DNA from: Lama glama
Taxonomy: Eukaryota
DNA length: 64,000 bases
Direction: 5' to 3'
Assembly: GCA_028534125.1 (NCBI GenBank)
Contig: CM052818.1
Coordinates: forward strand, 15,502,001-15,566,000
Each line of letters opens with the position of its first letter. Position 1 is the first letter of the stretch. The notes beneath the pieces were generated by a model. It saw only the letters and a list, made by a program, of their open reading frames with translations. It did no database searches and was not told the origin of the DNA. The translations under genes and the position numbers were made by a program. Below, piece after piece: positions 26,251-39,754 of the stretch.

Positions 26251-27544
26251 GATTTGTTTTTAATGCTACCTTGGCCTACAAAAACCTTCAGTCTTTTTAT
26301 CCTCAATTTTTTGGTTAATGATTTTGTTGTCATTCCTTCTGTTGCATTTTGGGTGAGAAAGTCCTTCTCAACTTATATTGTTGGCATTTTTCATTGAAAC
26401 ATATTTCAGTTAAAATATATTTTCATATATAGTATGAAATGTGGATCTGAGTTTCAGTTTCTTCACAATAGTTAGCCAAGTAGCTAGCTCAAGTACATTT
26501 GTATCTTTACATTCAATTGGATTCACAGAATGTACCTTTTATTTTAGTATTTAAAAAAAATTTAGAGCACAATGCTAAAAACACATGTATAAAAAGGAAA
26601 AGTGTTTTCGTCTGCCTTTACCTTTGTATCATTTTACTAAGTATAATACGGCTGCTCATCTTATTCTATATGCTTGCATCATTGAATAACACTACATAGA
26701 TTTTATTTCTTCCTAAGTATTGGCAAAGTTTCTTTTTTCTCTGCTCTCATTTCTTCTTGGCCAGTTTTGCCAATTATAATATAGATTGCCTGTGGATGGA
26801 TATGTCTAAAAGGATATTTATATCTGAGCACAGCTAATTCTAGTCACAGATCTAGTGTCAAAATAAAGTAATCAGCATATATCCTGTCCCTTGCCTTTCT
26901 TCACCAGTTTTAGATTCCGTTTCAGGGAACAAAAATACAGCCCCTTTTTCTTCTGCAGTGACAATCCAAGTGAGATAACAGACTGTTCAATTAGCTGAGC
27001 TAATGGAGCGGCTCCCCCATTTAAATAGTGAGAATGGTTTTGAAGCCTTCATGCTTCCTGTTCAATTTCAGTCTTTCTGATAACATTTTTAACTGCCTTG
27101 CGAATCCTTTTTATTTAAAAGCATTCTTCCCATACCTTATTAGTAGGGTGATAGTCCAGCTAAATCCCAAAGATGTCAACCTTGTTGGGCACATGGGGCA
27201 ACATTTAAGCCTTATACACAGTGCATCTCCAGCCCATCTTAACATCTTCCATCTTTGAATTCATTCCGATTTAAATGAGGGCTGCCAGCTGTGGGACACA
27301 TCTTTGCCACAGTCCTCCCATAGTTTGCCCCAGACCTGCTGTCTTCCTGGAAAGGAAGCCTTCAGATGGCTGAGAGATGGAAGTGGAATTGTCACTTTCA
27401 CTGAAATATGCAATGTTGACAGCAAGTGTGTAATTAGCGGAAACTAAGGAATGCAGACACATCTGTGGGACTAGTGGTTAGAAGCCATGCTTTTAACTCT
27501 GTCAGTGCTGGAGGAAGCTGTAATAAGCCGATGTGTCTGTGGCA

Positions 27545-27725
27545 AATGGGAGAACAGTGGATTTGCATTCAGACGATTTGACTCGGAGAATAGGGTCTAA
27601 CACATACTGACTGTGCAGGTTGACACTCCCTTCATTCTTCAGCCTAAGTTTCCTCATCTATATTTCATATGGTTCCTTGAGAGATGATTTTGAAAGTGTT
27701 TTATAAACCCAGAGTGCTGTACAAA
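27545..27725 (+). mobile_element. MIR SINE remnant
   Basis: ttcagcctaagtttcctcatcta core. Confidence 0.6.
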
Positions 27726-30109
27726 ACAAACTGAAATGCTTGTATTGTTATTCCTGATATACAAACAATGAGGGGAGGAGAGAATTTTATTTATAGACCT
27801 TTTGTAGAAAGACTTGTAGAGTAAGACTGCAAGGAGGATGACGGGAAAAAGCCAGAATTACACGATGATCAGTCATCCTATGGGCTGCGTAAGTGTAAAG
27901 GCATGTCCTTCAGAATCTGGTCAAAACATTTAGAATATGTTGCTTGAAGTAGATACCATAAGAAGACGTTATTTGCTTATTAAGTAGGTTAAGTCCTAAA
28001 ATCCATTTCTTAAGAAATAGGTTCATATATCTATCCATATTTCCATCCATCTACCTTATCCATTTATTCATACATATAATTAGTATGCATTCTGTGCTGA
28101 CTTTGTGTAATCTACTATGTTAAGCTGTGTGATTACAAAAGTGAAAAAGACAGGGTTTCAGCTTTTGAAGGTACTCCAAGTCCTAAAGAAGACATGCATA
28201 TGGCAATTATAGATGTAGGTCTTCTTTTTTAAAATTAAATCTTAATAGAAGGCTAGATAAATAAATTTACAGATGGTGTACAAAACCACTCTTAGATACA
28301 AATTTAAAGACAATTCCGTATCACTTTGAGGGGCCCCTGACTAGTCTTGTTTCTTTCTGTTCTCAGGGTATTTAATTTTACTCCAAAGTGGCCAGTACGT
28401 AATTCCTGTTTTAAAACTTCCAGATATATTTAAACTTACAAAGTCAGAACCAGTACACTAGCTGAAATAATTGTGTTTAAGCATCTTTTAGTAAGTATAG
28501 CCAAGTTACCAGACTCAAAAAAAAAAAAAGATTATTGAAATAAGACTAAAGCAGAACCTTCCAAAATACTTGGGCCCTAGGCAGGCTGATTTAGTTTGCA
28601 CTCAGATGTTTTCTTTGTGAATACGTCTGTTTAAAGGGGTTAAAATAAACTCAGGTAAGGCAGGCTTTGTTGTTTGTTGTTTTCTATTTTAGGGAGGGAA
28701 GTCGATCATTTTATATTTCACTAGTCGCTCATGTGTAGGGAGATCTGAGTTAACTGGCAACACATTTTAGATTTATTGAGGTGATAATTTAGTACTCTTT
28801 ATAAACTGGCTTATTTGGCAGCTCCCCTCGGCTGGCTTGCCCTTAATCTGGCTCAGAAAGGAGCCGGGCATATTCTTGTCTTTAATGCTTTACTTCTCTG
28901 CCCAGATGTCAGGGCAGAATTGGTTCTCAGTGCTGCCGGTCTTCTTGTCTCTCTTCCATTCACTCACCTTTATGGAACTTTTTTAGAGCAGCTGTAAAGA
29001 CAATGGGCTGTGCTTTAATATGGCTTTTTTCTTTTTTCTTTTTTACCTCCCTTCTTGAAAACAAATTTTGTCAGAGAATATTTAGAAACTACATAAGAAA
29101 GTAAAAATTACTCAGGAAAGTACAGCTAACTCATATTTTAGTGCATTTCTTTCTACTTGCTGTAGAAGGTATATATGTACAGGCAAGTGAGTGCGTATGC
29201 AGTTGAAGTAAGATTTATTAAGTTACTGTTTTGTAATGCAAGGTTTTTGTTGGCTTAAAACACAAGCATCTTTTAAAAAAATTTCTCTACAGTATAATTT
29301 CTTTCTAATTCATGGCTTTACTAAGGTTGATTTACCAATCCCCAGTTATTTCTAAATTTACATTATAAACTATATTGTAACATCTTGTAGTAAAAATTTT
29401 ATAGATGATTATTTTCTTTGACATACATTACTGTCAATGGGATAATTAGAACAGAGAATATTCATATATAAGACATGTACTAGAAATACAAATTTCTAAA
29501 TTCTCTTCCAGAAACGGACAAATTTATACTTCTTGCATATGGGTGACTGAAAACTCTGTCAAAGCCCTCTTCTTACAAAAGGAGACTCCGCAGGGCATGT
29601 CTTTTCTCTTTTTTAACGATACAATATTTGTAACAGAAGGAAAAATTAATTTAACTCACTTTTGTTGCAGATAAGTATAACTTCCCTTTAATATTCTAAT
29701 TAATTCTAATGATGTGGTCATGAAGTGTCAAAAAAACAAGGCAGACTAATTGAGAATTTAAGTATTAATTATAATTACTTTAATAATGTGAATTGATAAG
29801 TAACAAATATGAAGAGAGCAAAACAAAAAGCAATGAATTAGTAAAATTAGTGTGAACTAAGATTAGGTAAATTGCTTTGCAGAATGGAGGAAGCTATGCG
29901 TTATGCCAGAGAGAGCCCAGGGCTCCTGAGTTTTTGTATTGCTGACCTCAATGCTAGTAAGCTACAATGTCTTGCAAAATCTTAGCTTCTTTGTAATCTT
30001 TTTCTCCCTATATAAGTCTAACAATGATAGTTTCTATACCAAATGTGTAGGGCAGTTAGTAGGACTAATGAAAGTGCACTGACCAAGGTAAGGCATACTC
30101 AGACCTGAC

Positions 30110-30268
30110 CTGCTGTTAGTATAAGCAGACTGGGACACAGAGTGAACCAGCAGCATCACCCGAGAGCAGAGCCGAGCAGGCCGCACTGCAGACTCACTGA
30201 AATCAGAGCCTGCGTGTTAGCGAGATCGAGTGATTTCTAGTCACATTAAAGACTGAGACGCATTGGCT
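30110..30268. mobile_element. MER5-type hAT MITE
   Basis: cagcagcatcacc...actgaaatcagag...cacattaaagactgagacgcattg resembles MER5B. Confidence 0.65.
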
Positions 30269-30639
30269 TGAAAGCAAACGAAGAAAAATTGCTGTCTCCT
30301 TTAAACAAGAGATGTTTACCAAAATATCTTGTCAATCTCTTCTCTTCCTGAGGCTAATAACAGAATGAACATAAATAACACAGGTAAAATACATAGCATG
30401 GTTTCTTGGCACCCAATAAACACTCAAAATTGATAATGGTAACAAGTTAGTTGAACTACAATTTTCCCATCTGTAAAGTAAGGAATGATAGATAATACAT
30501 TCACATGTCTCCTAGGAGAGGAATAGGACTGTGTGTAAAACACGGTAATATGACTGGTATTCATGTATCCTCCTTATTGGATGACTCTGAGATGCTCCTT
30601 GGTTTGGCATGATGTCCTTATCATCAGCATCATCACATC

Positions 30640-30845
30640 TAACATTCGTGCATGCAGTATTTTGCTTTAAAGATCACAAACATTACATTTGTGGTGATAA
30701 GTAGACTTTGTTATTCCCGTTTTATAGATAAGACTCAAAGTCACAGTTTAAATGATTAGCCCGAGGTTTCTCAGCTAGTAGGTAGGGAATCAGGAACTTA
30801 AAATCATTAATGTCTGAATTCAAAGCTCATGCTTAGTGTTACAGT
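30640..30845 (-). mobile_element. MIR SINE remnant
   Basis: ttattcccgttttatagataagact...cccgaggtttctcagctagtaggt. Confidence 0.7.
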
Positions 30846-32042
30846 GATCTGAAGGTGAATGAAAAGTACCCGGTTGGTTCAGTGGCTGTTTTTTAAGCAG
30901 AAAAAATGTCTAATTTTGTGAAGTGTAGTAACCAACCAGCAAGGGACTAACCCTTTTTTGTCAAATTCTCTGGTCTCTCTTATGGGTCTGAATTCTTTAA
31001 ACCAACTGAATTTTTCCACGTAATATTTAAAATACAGAGTATAGTGTGTCATAAAATAATATGAGATGTCTGTAAGTAGAAGATGAGTAGTTACCATGGT
31101 TTAGTTTTCTGTAAACTTTGTGCAAAAGAAAAACAAACAAGCTGTTCTAACAGTATGTCTTTCCAAAAGAGTAACATTGGATGATTACATTTTGCCAAAA
31201 TCCACGCTTCTGAGTGCTGGAGCTGTGAAAATTAGCAACCTTTATAAGACAAGGTATCATGTGAAGGGTAAAAGAGTGTAAGTAAGCGTTTACTGTGGAA
31301 CATGACGTTTCCCAGAGGAAGGTTCTTCCTGCATCTACTCTTTCTGATATGATGCCTTGTCGGGATTTTTTTTATTTCTAATGGACTGAAAAATAAGAAT
31401 GACTCCTGGGGACTTGAAACTTACTGGGTTTAAACTTTGAAATGTCAGTGAATTTCCTTCATGTTGGTATTTTTTTAGTTTTTGAACAACTACATCTATT
31501 CAAAACAAGCAGTATATGAGAATAAAAGTTTAAATGGTTAGCTGATTTGAACAGTCTTGCCTTATCTGTTTAGTGGAATTTCTATGATAGGTTTTTCTCT
31601 AAGATTATCAATTCTTTTTAAAAACAAATTTTATTTTGGTTTATATGTACATATGTACAACTGGAATAAGGAATACATTTATGTGTTCATTCAACTATAT
31701 ATCTTGAATGTCTCCTGTGTGCCTTGTGCTGTGTGCTGTGGGTAGAAGGATGGAGGAGAGAGAATCAGATTTCAAGAAACTTGTAGTCTATATGAAAAAA
31801 TACAAATATAGGCAATTATAATAAACGAGGTTAACTGCTAAGATAGAGACACACTTGGCTCTGGGAATACTGATGAACACCTACCCTGCATCTCATATGT
31901 GCCCCAAATACGAGAAAGTTGACCATCAATTTGAGTCCATACTTCCATAAATACTCAAGGCTATGTCCTATGCCTTAATGTTGTGATCACACAATTTTTC
32001 ATTTAATTATATTCTGTTTTCCCAACAATGTTGTAAGATGGA

Positions 32043-32296
32043 TATATAGCTTAGTGGTTAAGAGTGTGGCTTCTGAAATCAGATTTTTTCACGTCTAAAA
32101 CCTGTGTTACCACTGCCTTGGGAAATTTCTTACCATTTTAAAGCCACATATTCTTTAATTTTAAAATATAAACAGTAGTGCCCATCTTACAGCATTGTTT
32201 TGGAGGATTAAATGTAATAGTCTATATAATGTATATCTAACACATTTTCTGTCAGATAGTCAGTAAATGATAGCTATTATCATTATTACTATTATT
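32043..32296 (+). mobile_element. MIR SINE, near full length
   Basis: tagcttagtggttaagagtgtggcttctgaaatcaga head, gaggattaaatg, tail tagctattatcattattactattatt. Confidence 0.85.
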
Positions 32297-32569
32297 TCCT
32301 CTCTTAGACTGTAAGTGTGTTATGGACATGGTACAGTGTTTATAGTAGGAAAGACATTGGGATCAAGGATCAGAAGTGTGTTGATTCTAGTTCTGGTCCT
32401 TGACTTGTTCACTTAAACTTATTGGACATATACCTCTTTCTGAGAACTGGAGATGGGCCTGGAGAGTGAGGCTGAGCTACACAGACTAATGGGTCCCTTT
32501 GGTGTCTACCTCATTTGTCTTTCCAGCAGGCCCTAGCATTCTGTACTATTGGAACAACTGAAGAACATT

Positions 32570-33175
32570 CACAAGATGAAATTTCATAGAATTCAATGTA
32601 AAGTCTTTGGATCCAAGAAATTAATAAGGCAAGTATGTCAGGGCAGAGAAGTAGATAGTGTTAGGAGCAGTTCAAATCCAGAAGCCAAAGATCTTTAAAT
32701 TGACTGTAAGTTCAATGTGAACCAAAAAGTGTGACAAGTCTGTTAAAGAGTTAATGGGACTTTAGAGTATTATGTAGACCATGGTGTCCTCCTTCTGATC
32801 AGAGCCCATGTGGAGGTTGTGTCCCTGTGGAGGTTGGGTAAGAATGTAGGCAAGGACGATGTTGGCAAGTGTGAAGTGGTGTGAAGTGGCTAGAGGAGGA
32901 GGAGTGGAACGTAGGCATGGTTAAGGTTCTGGGAATTATATTATGTGTAGAATGTCTGAGGAAACAGGAGCTTGTCAATCAAGGAAGAGGACACATCCAA
33001 GAGACAGGGAGAGGCAAGAACAGGAAGTTCTCTTCAAACATTTGAAACACTTCTTTATGGCAAAGGATTTAGATATCCTCAGGGTGGCTCCAGGAGGCTG
33101 AGCTAGGGCTAATGGTGGAAATGCCAGGGAGGAAAATTTGACTCAATCAACAGTGTAATTCTCAACAATTAAAGT
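32570..33175 (+). mobile_element. L3/CR1 LINE ORF2 C-terminal remnant
   Basis: Reads MKFHRIQCKV...DCKFNVNQK...LIRAHVE, comparable to CR1 MKFNxxKCKV...DxKLNMSQQC...LVRPHLE. Confidence 0.7.
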
Positions 33176-33244
33176 TCTTTTAAAGGGGTTTTTGGGTAGA
33201 GTAATAAGTAATTTTCACCATTAATGCTTAAATAATGATTAAAT

Positions 33245-33422
33245 CAGCATCTCTCACACTTACTCCATGCAAAGAATAACCTAGGTTTCTTGATAAAAAT
33301 ACAGACTCCTTGACTCTCCCCTGGAGTTCTGATTCAGTAGGTCAGGGAAAAGGCATAGATACGTGTAATTTTTAGCCAGCATCTCATGAAATTTTCATGA
33401 GCAAGAAAGTTTGGGAAAGCCT
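33245..33422. mobile_element. MER5A-type hAT MITE
   Basis: aaaatacagactcc...ttctgattcagtaggtcaggg...aagtttgggaa. Confidence 0.7.
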
Positions 33423-34459
33423 TTGCTGTTCATCTGCCAAGGATATAGTAAGAATATTCTTGATTTTGATGGGAGGATTATTTCTCTGATGTTGAAGATT
33501 CATTTTAAATTTCTGGTAGATTCTCAAAAGACTTAATGATTGACTTTCATTGTGATCATTGTAGCAACAACATTTTAAGAAATACATATTAATTTGATGC
33601 ATAACATATATACCAGTGTGGAAAAGGTGCTTTATATCTTAAGATGTGAAAGTATTTTTAGAAAGCTCAGGAATAATTTAATCATCAGTATTCAGGGTTT
33701 ATTTTTAAAAGATGTACATATTTTCATAGTTTAAGATGAGGTTTTCCTGTGTGTTATTCCATAAAAATAAAGTTGTATCTTTCTAGTTAATATGATGGAT
33801 AACTTTTTAAATGACAGCCCAAGGTTAAAAAAATAGTAGTTTGCAAACTACAAACTATTAAACTCAGAGCAATTTATGATCCACAACTCAGGATATATAT
33901 TTTTGTATGGTTTAGAAAAAAATTAGCCTCTGACATTTCAGGCTGTGGAAGTGACGACTGTTAACAGAAACATCTACTTTTAAGTTATTATTTTACCAGC
34001 TAAGTTACAGTAACCATCTAGGGATCTGTGTGCTTCTAAGTTTGTGTCAATTGTATTTCTGTGATAATTGAGCCAACTCTGGGGGTAGTGTCAGAAATTA
34101 TATTTTGCAAAATGAAGAAAAATATGTTGAACTAAAAGTTAACTAAGGAAACATTCAGAAATGCTTTCTAGTTATAAGGAGCAAAATCAATTTATCAGCA
34201 TACATTATCACCTTCTTTTACTTCTAGAGGGGAGAACATGGAAATTTAGATACAAGAAAACTTGCCAGCATTTATTCTGGAGGAAGAAAAAGAATAACGA
34301 TTATTTATATACTGGCCGTTAGGTGGAACAATAAAGCTTTTAAGTTAGAGGCCTCCTGGGCAGCATGGGAGGATAGCTATGCGAAAGAAAGACTCCGGCC
34401 AAAGGGCTCTCAATTTCCATGAAGAGCATGAAATTTGAGCAAACACATATTGCCATTCC

Positions 34460-34950
34460 TGTGGTCTTAAAATTTGTCCACACGTTCTTTGATTCTCTTC
34501 ATTCAGGACGTAGAGCCTCATTCACTTCCCCTGAGGGCTGTCTTGTCTTCGTTCCCTTCTTCTAATAGGTGGAATATGGGGGCAGGGGCAGCACGCGGCA
34601 TCCGAGACGAGGTCATAGAACGCTTGTGCAGATTCCGCCGTGCTTGTTCTGACTGGTTCTCTCTTGATCACTCGTGCTGTGAGAAGGCTCGGGTAGCCTG
34701 TGCAGGGGCCCAGGTGGCAAACAACTGAAGTCTCCCACTGAGATCCAGTGAGGGGCTGAGTCCTCCCAACTGGCGACTGCAGCTTCCCCTACTCAGGTAA
34801 AGAACTGCAACCCCATGAAGGACCCTGAGCCAGATGCAGCCAGCTAAGTCTCTCCAAGGGTTCTGACCTAGAGAAGCTCTGAGATAGTAAATGTTTGTTG
34901 TTCTAGGTACGATCTTTTGAGATAAAAGTTGTTACTCAACAATAAGTAGC
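34460..34950 (+). mobile_element. MaLR solo LTR (MLT1F-like)
   Basis: gaccctgagccagatgcagccagctaag...tgagatagtaaatgtttgttgtt 3' motifs. Confidence 0.8.
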
Positions 34951-36421
34951 GTAGGGCTCTTTGTAAATTTAGATGTTTTCAAATAATATGTGCATCACTG
35001 AAATAGCATTGACAGAGTATTGTCAAAATCACCATTGACTTTGCCAACTATAATACCATATCTATTAGAGGATAATCACTGTATACAGAAGTTTGAGACA
35101 AATTCTATTATAATTCTATATTCAATTCTTGCAATTCATCCTAGTAAATTTCCTTTCAATGTGTACATCTCCAAATTCTAAATAATGAACAAGTTTATTT
35201 TTGAAGAAAGGACCGTATGTTGAGGAGTCTTTAAGTTTATCCCAGTTTTTCCCAGTGTTAGTATAAGCACGAGGAGTAGAGAAATGGTCAGAATAAAAGG
35301 TTTTTTTTTTAATTTCATATTTTGAAATCTTTAATCTCATATTTTAGATTTATATATTATCAAGGAAACTAAATTTTATTGAACTTGTACCACTCAACTG
35401 ACTATTATAGGCTTTGAGTATGTATATTAGATAGTATTTATTGACATAGTCTATTTTCATCTATATTAGATTAATGGATTCTCAAAACAACTTTGGTGGT
35501 GGATATTATTTCCATCTTATACTTGAGAACATGGAACCAGAGAAGCTCATTATCTTTTCCATGTCTCCCAGAGAGAGCCTTTTCCTTTATAGCCTAATTG
35601 TGTCTGTATTTCTACAAAGAACCATGTTTAACCAAATTGTCTGATATATATTGAGATAGTAATAATTCTTATCTGTAACTTATCTTCTTTGTTTTCTAAT
35701 ACTTTTTCTTTTATTAAGTTCTTGGGTCCTTTTTCAAATTCATTTCATTATTGCAATTCCTTGCTCAGAGTGGAAATTGGAACAAATCCATTTTTTGGAA
35801 ATTCAAGATGGGGCTCTTTCATAGGGATAGAAATAGGAAGGAAATTAAGATCTTCACTACTGTATTTATGGTTACTTGACATTATTAGAAACTGACTATG
35901 CTTCATAAAATATGGCTTCTATTCTTCTTTACAATATATTGTCAAAAGTGTTTCCAAATTTTTTTTGGCCAAGAATCATCTAGAAGAAAAATATAATTTG
36001 AAAGTGCTTTGTTTTAGCTACAATGTTAGTAGCTTTCTCTGTTTTCAGTCAGTCAGCTTTAGTTGGCAAAGAAATTTCCAGGTGATTGTCTGTGGCTTTA
36101 TCTTGGAGAGGAGATCTCAGGAATATTTCCCAAAGCGTTTGGATACTGTGGACAGTGAAGAAGAGTGAAGAAGTAGCAAAGCTGACTGGTTAGGGAAAAA
36201 AGTAGGAATATATATTAAAGTGAATTCATACCATATACTACACTTTCAAAAGAACAATGCTTATTAGAAGATGAAAGTTGCAATCCAAACTCAAAGTAAA
36301 TTTTATGCAGCTAGAAATAGGGTATTTTATTATAGATAATGCTTCCCTTTCCAAAGGATGTGTGATTGTTCATAGTCATAAAATCTGCATGTTTTATAAA
36401 TTGAAAATATTGTAAGGGCAG

Positions 36422-36998
36422 TGTAATGGTTATTTGTGTGTCAACTTGCTTGACCATGGAGTTCTTAGATTAAATATCGCTTCTGGGTATATCTGTAAGG
36501 GTGTTTCTGAATGCAACTAGCATTTGAAATTGTGGACTCAGTAAAGTAGATTGTTCTCCCCAATGTGAATGGGCATCATCCAATCTGTTGAGAGCTTGAA
36601 CAGAACAAAAGGCAGAGGGAAAGAGGAATTTACTCTGTATTCCTGCTTCACTAATTAAGCGGGGACCTCTCATCTCATCTTCTCCAGGCCTCAGACTAGG
36701 ACTTAAACAATTAGCTCTCCTGGTTTACAAACTTTCAGACTTAGACTAATTATACCACTGGCTTTCTTCTGTCTCCAGCTTGCAGACGGCAGATCATGAA
36801 ACTTCTCATCCTCCACATTGCAAAAGCCAATTCCTCACAAGAAATCTCTATGTAATAATATATTTATATTTATTTATCTATAACATATATATAGGATTAT
36901 ATATTACAATTATATATTTCTATATTATATATAATATTTATCTATTTAGATAAATATCTCAGTGGTTCTATATTTTTTTGAGAACCTTGACTAATACA
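36422..36998 (+). mobile_element. Complete MLT2 (ERVL) solo LTR with 5-bp TSD
   Basis: TG...gagaaccttgactaataCA; perfect GGCAG duplication at 36417-36421 and 36999-37003; AT-rich tract near the 3' end. Confidence 0.95.
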
Positions 36999-37635
36999 GG
37001 CAGGGATAAAATATTTTAAAACAAATGATCTACAGCACTTTGTACACAATTGCTGTCTAATAAATATTTATTGACACTGATTAATGTCTTTATCTGGAGT
37101 CAGTGAATTGATGTGCAGTGCCTTCAAGAATTAAAGTTACAGTGGTTTAAATCTAAAGAGCTATTCAAAGCATTCTGGCAAATGGCCTGGTGCCTCACTT
37201 TTTGTTTTGTTTCTATCTCCATCACCTTGTATTCTCTTTCTCTTCAAATTGTAGAGTTCTGATGACACCATTCGATTCCCGTGTGTAGCCCAGCAAGTCT
37301 TTTAGAGCTAAATGAGCAAATATGTGAATCAGACTGTTAGCAGATGCTGGGCTCTGGGTCTGAAAGAAATGGACATCCTAGGTTATAAACATTAATTGGA
37401 CAAAATAGTAGCCAAGCAACACTCCTAATTTTGAAAAATGTGCAGTAACAGAGAGTGTCATAAGAACATGATAAATAAGCAATTCTAAAGACTTCCTCTG
37501 AGAAAAATACCACTTGAAAGTGCACAGAGTTGTAATTTGTTACAGTAATTAGAGAGAAATACTCTGATTTTCCCGAGTATTTTTAGGATAGACATCTTAC
37601 TTTTCTTTGTGATTCATGGATTTAGAATGTTCATT

Positions 37636-39210
37636 CAGGAGTAATACCAGCAAGAAATTAGAATAGGAAGTCCCAGCCCTCGTCCCCTACAGAAACACTG
37701 ATTTAGTAACACTGTATGGAGCAAATACTTTTATGAGAAGTCCTAGATCCAGTTAAGACGTTGCAGTACTCAGAGCAGCTGAACGGATTAAAAAAACAGT
37801 CAAAACCCAACTAAATGCTGTCCACAAAGACTCATTTTAAATCTAAGGACCACATAGGCTGAAAATGAAAGGATGGAAAAGATGCTCCACATAAGCGGTA
37901 ACTGAAAAAGAGCAAGGGTGGTATACTTAAATCAGACAAATTAGACTTTAAGTCAAAACTGTCACAGAGACAAAGAACATCATTACACTGTGATAAAGGG
38001 ATCAATTTATCAGGAAGATATAAAATTATAAATATATATGTACCCAACATCAGAGCACCTAAGTATATAAAGCAAATAGTGACAGATATGAAGGGAGAAA
38101 TAGACAGAAATACAATAGTACTAGGAGACTTCAATGCCCCACATTCAACAATAGGTAGACCATCCAGACAGAAAATCAATAAGGAGACAGCAGACTTGAG
38201 CAACACCATGGATCAAATAGGCCTGAGAGACATATACAGAAGATTTCAGCCAACAACTTTAGAGTACATGTTCTTTCAAGTGCATATGACATACTCTCTA
38301 GAACAGGTCACAAAACGACTGTTAACAAACTTAAGACTGAAATCACAGCAGATAACTTTTTCAATCACAATGCAATGAAACTAGAGATTCAGAATAGAAA
38401 AAAACAACAACTAGAAAATTCAAAAATATGTGCAAACTGATACTCTAAAAAATCAGTGGGTCAAAGATGAAATCAAAAGGGAAATCAAAGAATAGTTTGA
38501 GACAAACAAAAATGATAATACAACATACCAAAACTTATGGAATGTAGTAACATCACTCTGAAAAGGAAGTTTATAGTGATGAACACCTACATTAAGAAAG
38601 AAGAAAAATTTCAGGTAAACAGCCTAACTTTATTTACACCCTAAGGAACTAGAAAAAAGATGAACAAGCTAGGCCCAAATTTAGCAAAATAAGGAATAAT
38701 AAAGATTAGGGCAGAAATATATGAAATAGATGAACAATTAAAAAAAGTCAATGCTAAGAATTAGTTTTTGAAAATCCAAAGATAGAAAAGCCAAGGACCA
38801 GATGACTTCACTGGTGAATTTTACCAAACATTTAAATAATAATTAACATTACACAGTGTTATGTGTAATCAAATATATTTCAATAAAAATCCAAATATCT
38901 TTATTACACATTTTTTAAACTACTTCTCTAGATGCATTACAGAAGAGCTATCACATCTAGTCCATGAAATAACACTCTTATCAAAGCAGCTTGCACAGAC
39001 CACTCATATACTCACAGTTAATACAAAAAAAGGAAAATTAAACAGCAATTCTTCTTAAACTCTTCCAAAAAAATTGAAGAGAAGGAAATACTTAAAACTT
39101 ACTTTACAATGCCAGAATTATTCTGGTATGAAAATCAGACAAGGACACTACACAAGAAAAAAAGAATCACAGTCCCAAATCTCTGATGAACGTAGGTGCA
39201 AAAACTCTAT
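37636..39210 (+). mobile_element. L1 remnant: short 5' UTR joined to ORF2 endonuclease and start of the Z/RT region
   Basis: ORF 38079-38378 TIVLGDFNAPHSTIGRPSRQKINKET..L..TMDQIGLRDIYR is the L1 endonuclease GDFN region. Confidence 0.93.
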
Positions 39211-39489
39211 GAGGAGTTTAAGTTAAAACTGGGACTGTTGTCATGTGATTCAGGAGAATGTATTATAGAGTGGAAATTAGATTTTACGACTTTTGGAAAT
39301 GGCTCCAGCTACTTAGAAGATAATATTTTAAATCCAGAAAGTGTCTGCCACTCACATACTCTGCGTAGAAACACTAACCATCTATTACTCCTGTTGTGAG
39401 AAGAGTGATATGATTGAAGGTATGAGGTTTTATTTAACAAAAAGTAGCTGTTTCATTTTAGATTTCCTGAAGGCTTTTAGATAACGAGG

Positions 39490-39715
39490 ATAATATGGCA
39501 CTATTATTAATACAGTAACCGTTTATTAACTATAATCGACAGTGCCAAGCCAGTTTATGATTATATCATTCTATATTTACCACAGATACATGTGATATTA
39601 TTATCTATATTTAAAATTTAATGTAATTAACTAACATGTTCCAGGCCATAGAACTTGTAACTCAATTCTGATCCAGCTTAACTCTAAAGCCCTTTTCCTT
39701 AATGCTGTGGTGTAC
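39490..39715 (-). mobile_element. MIR remnant
   Basis: tgtaattaactaacatgttccaggccatagaacttgtaa...actctaaagccc. Confidence 0.5.
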
Positions 39716-39754
39716 TGACAGGCAATAAAGCTACCCCAACCCCCTTTCAAGATT

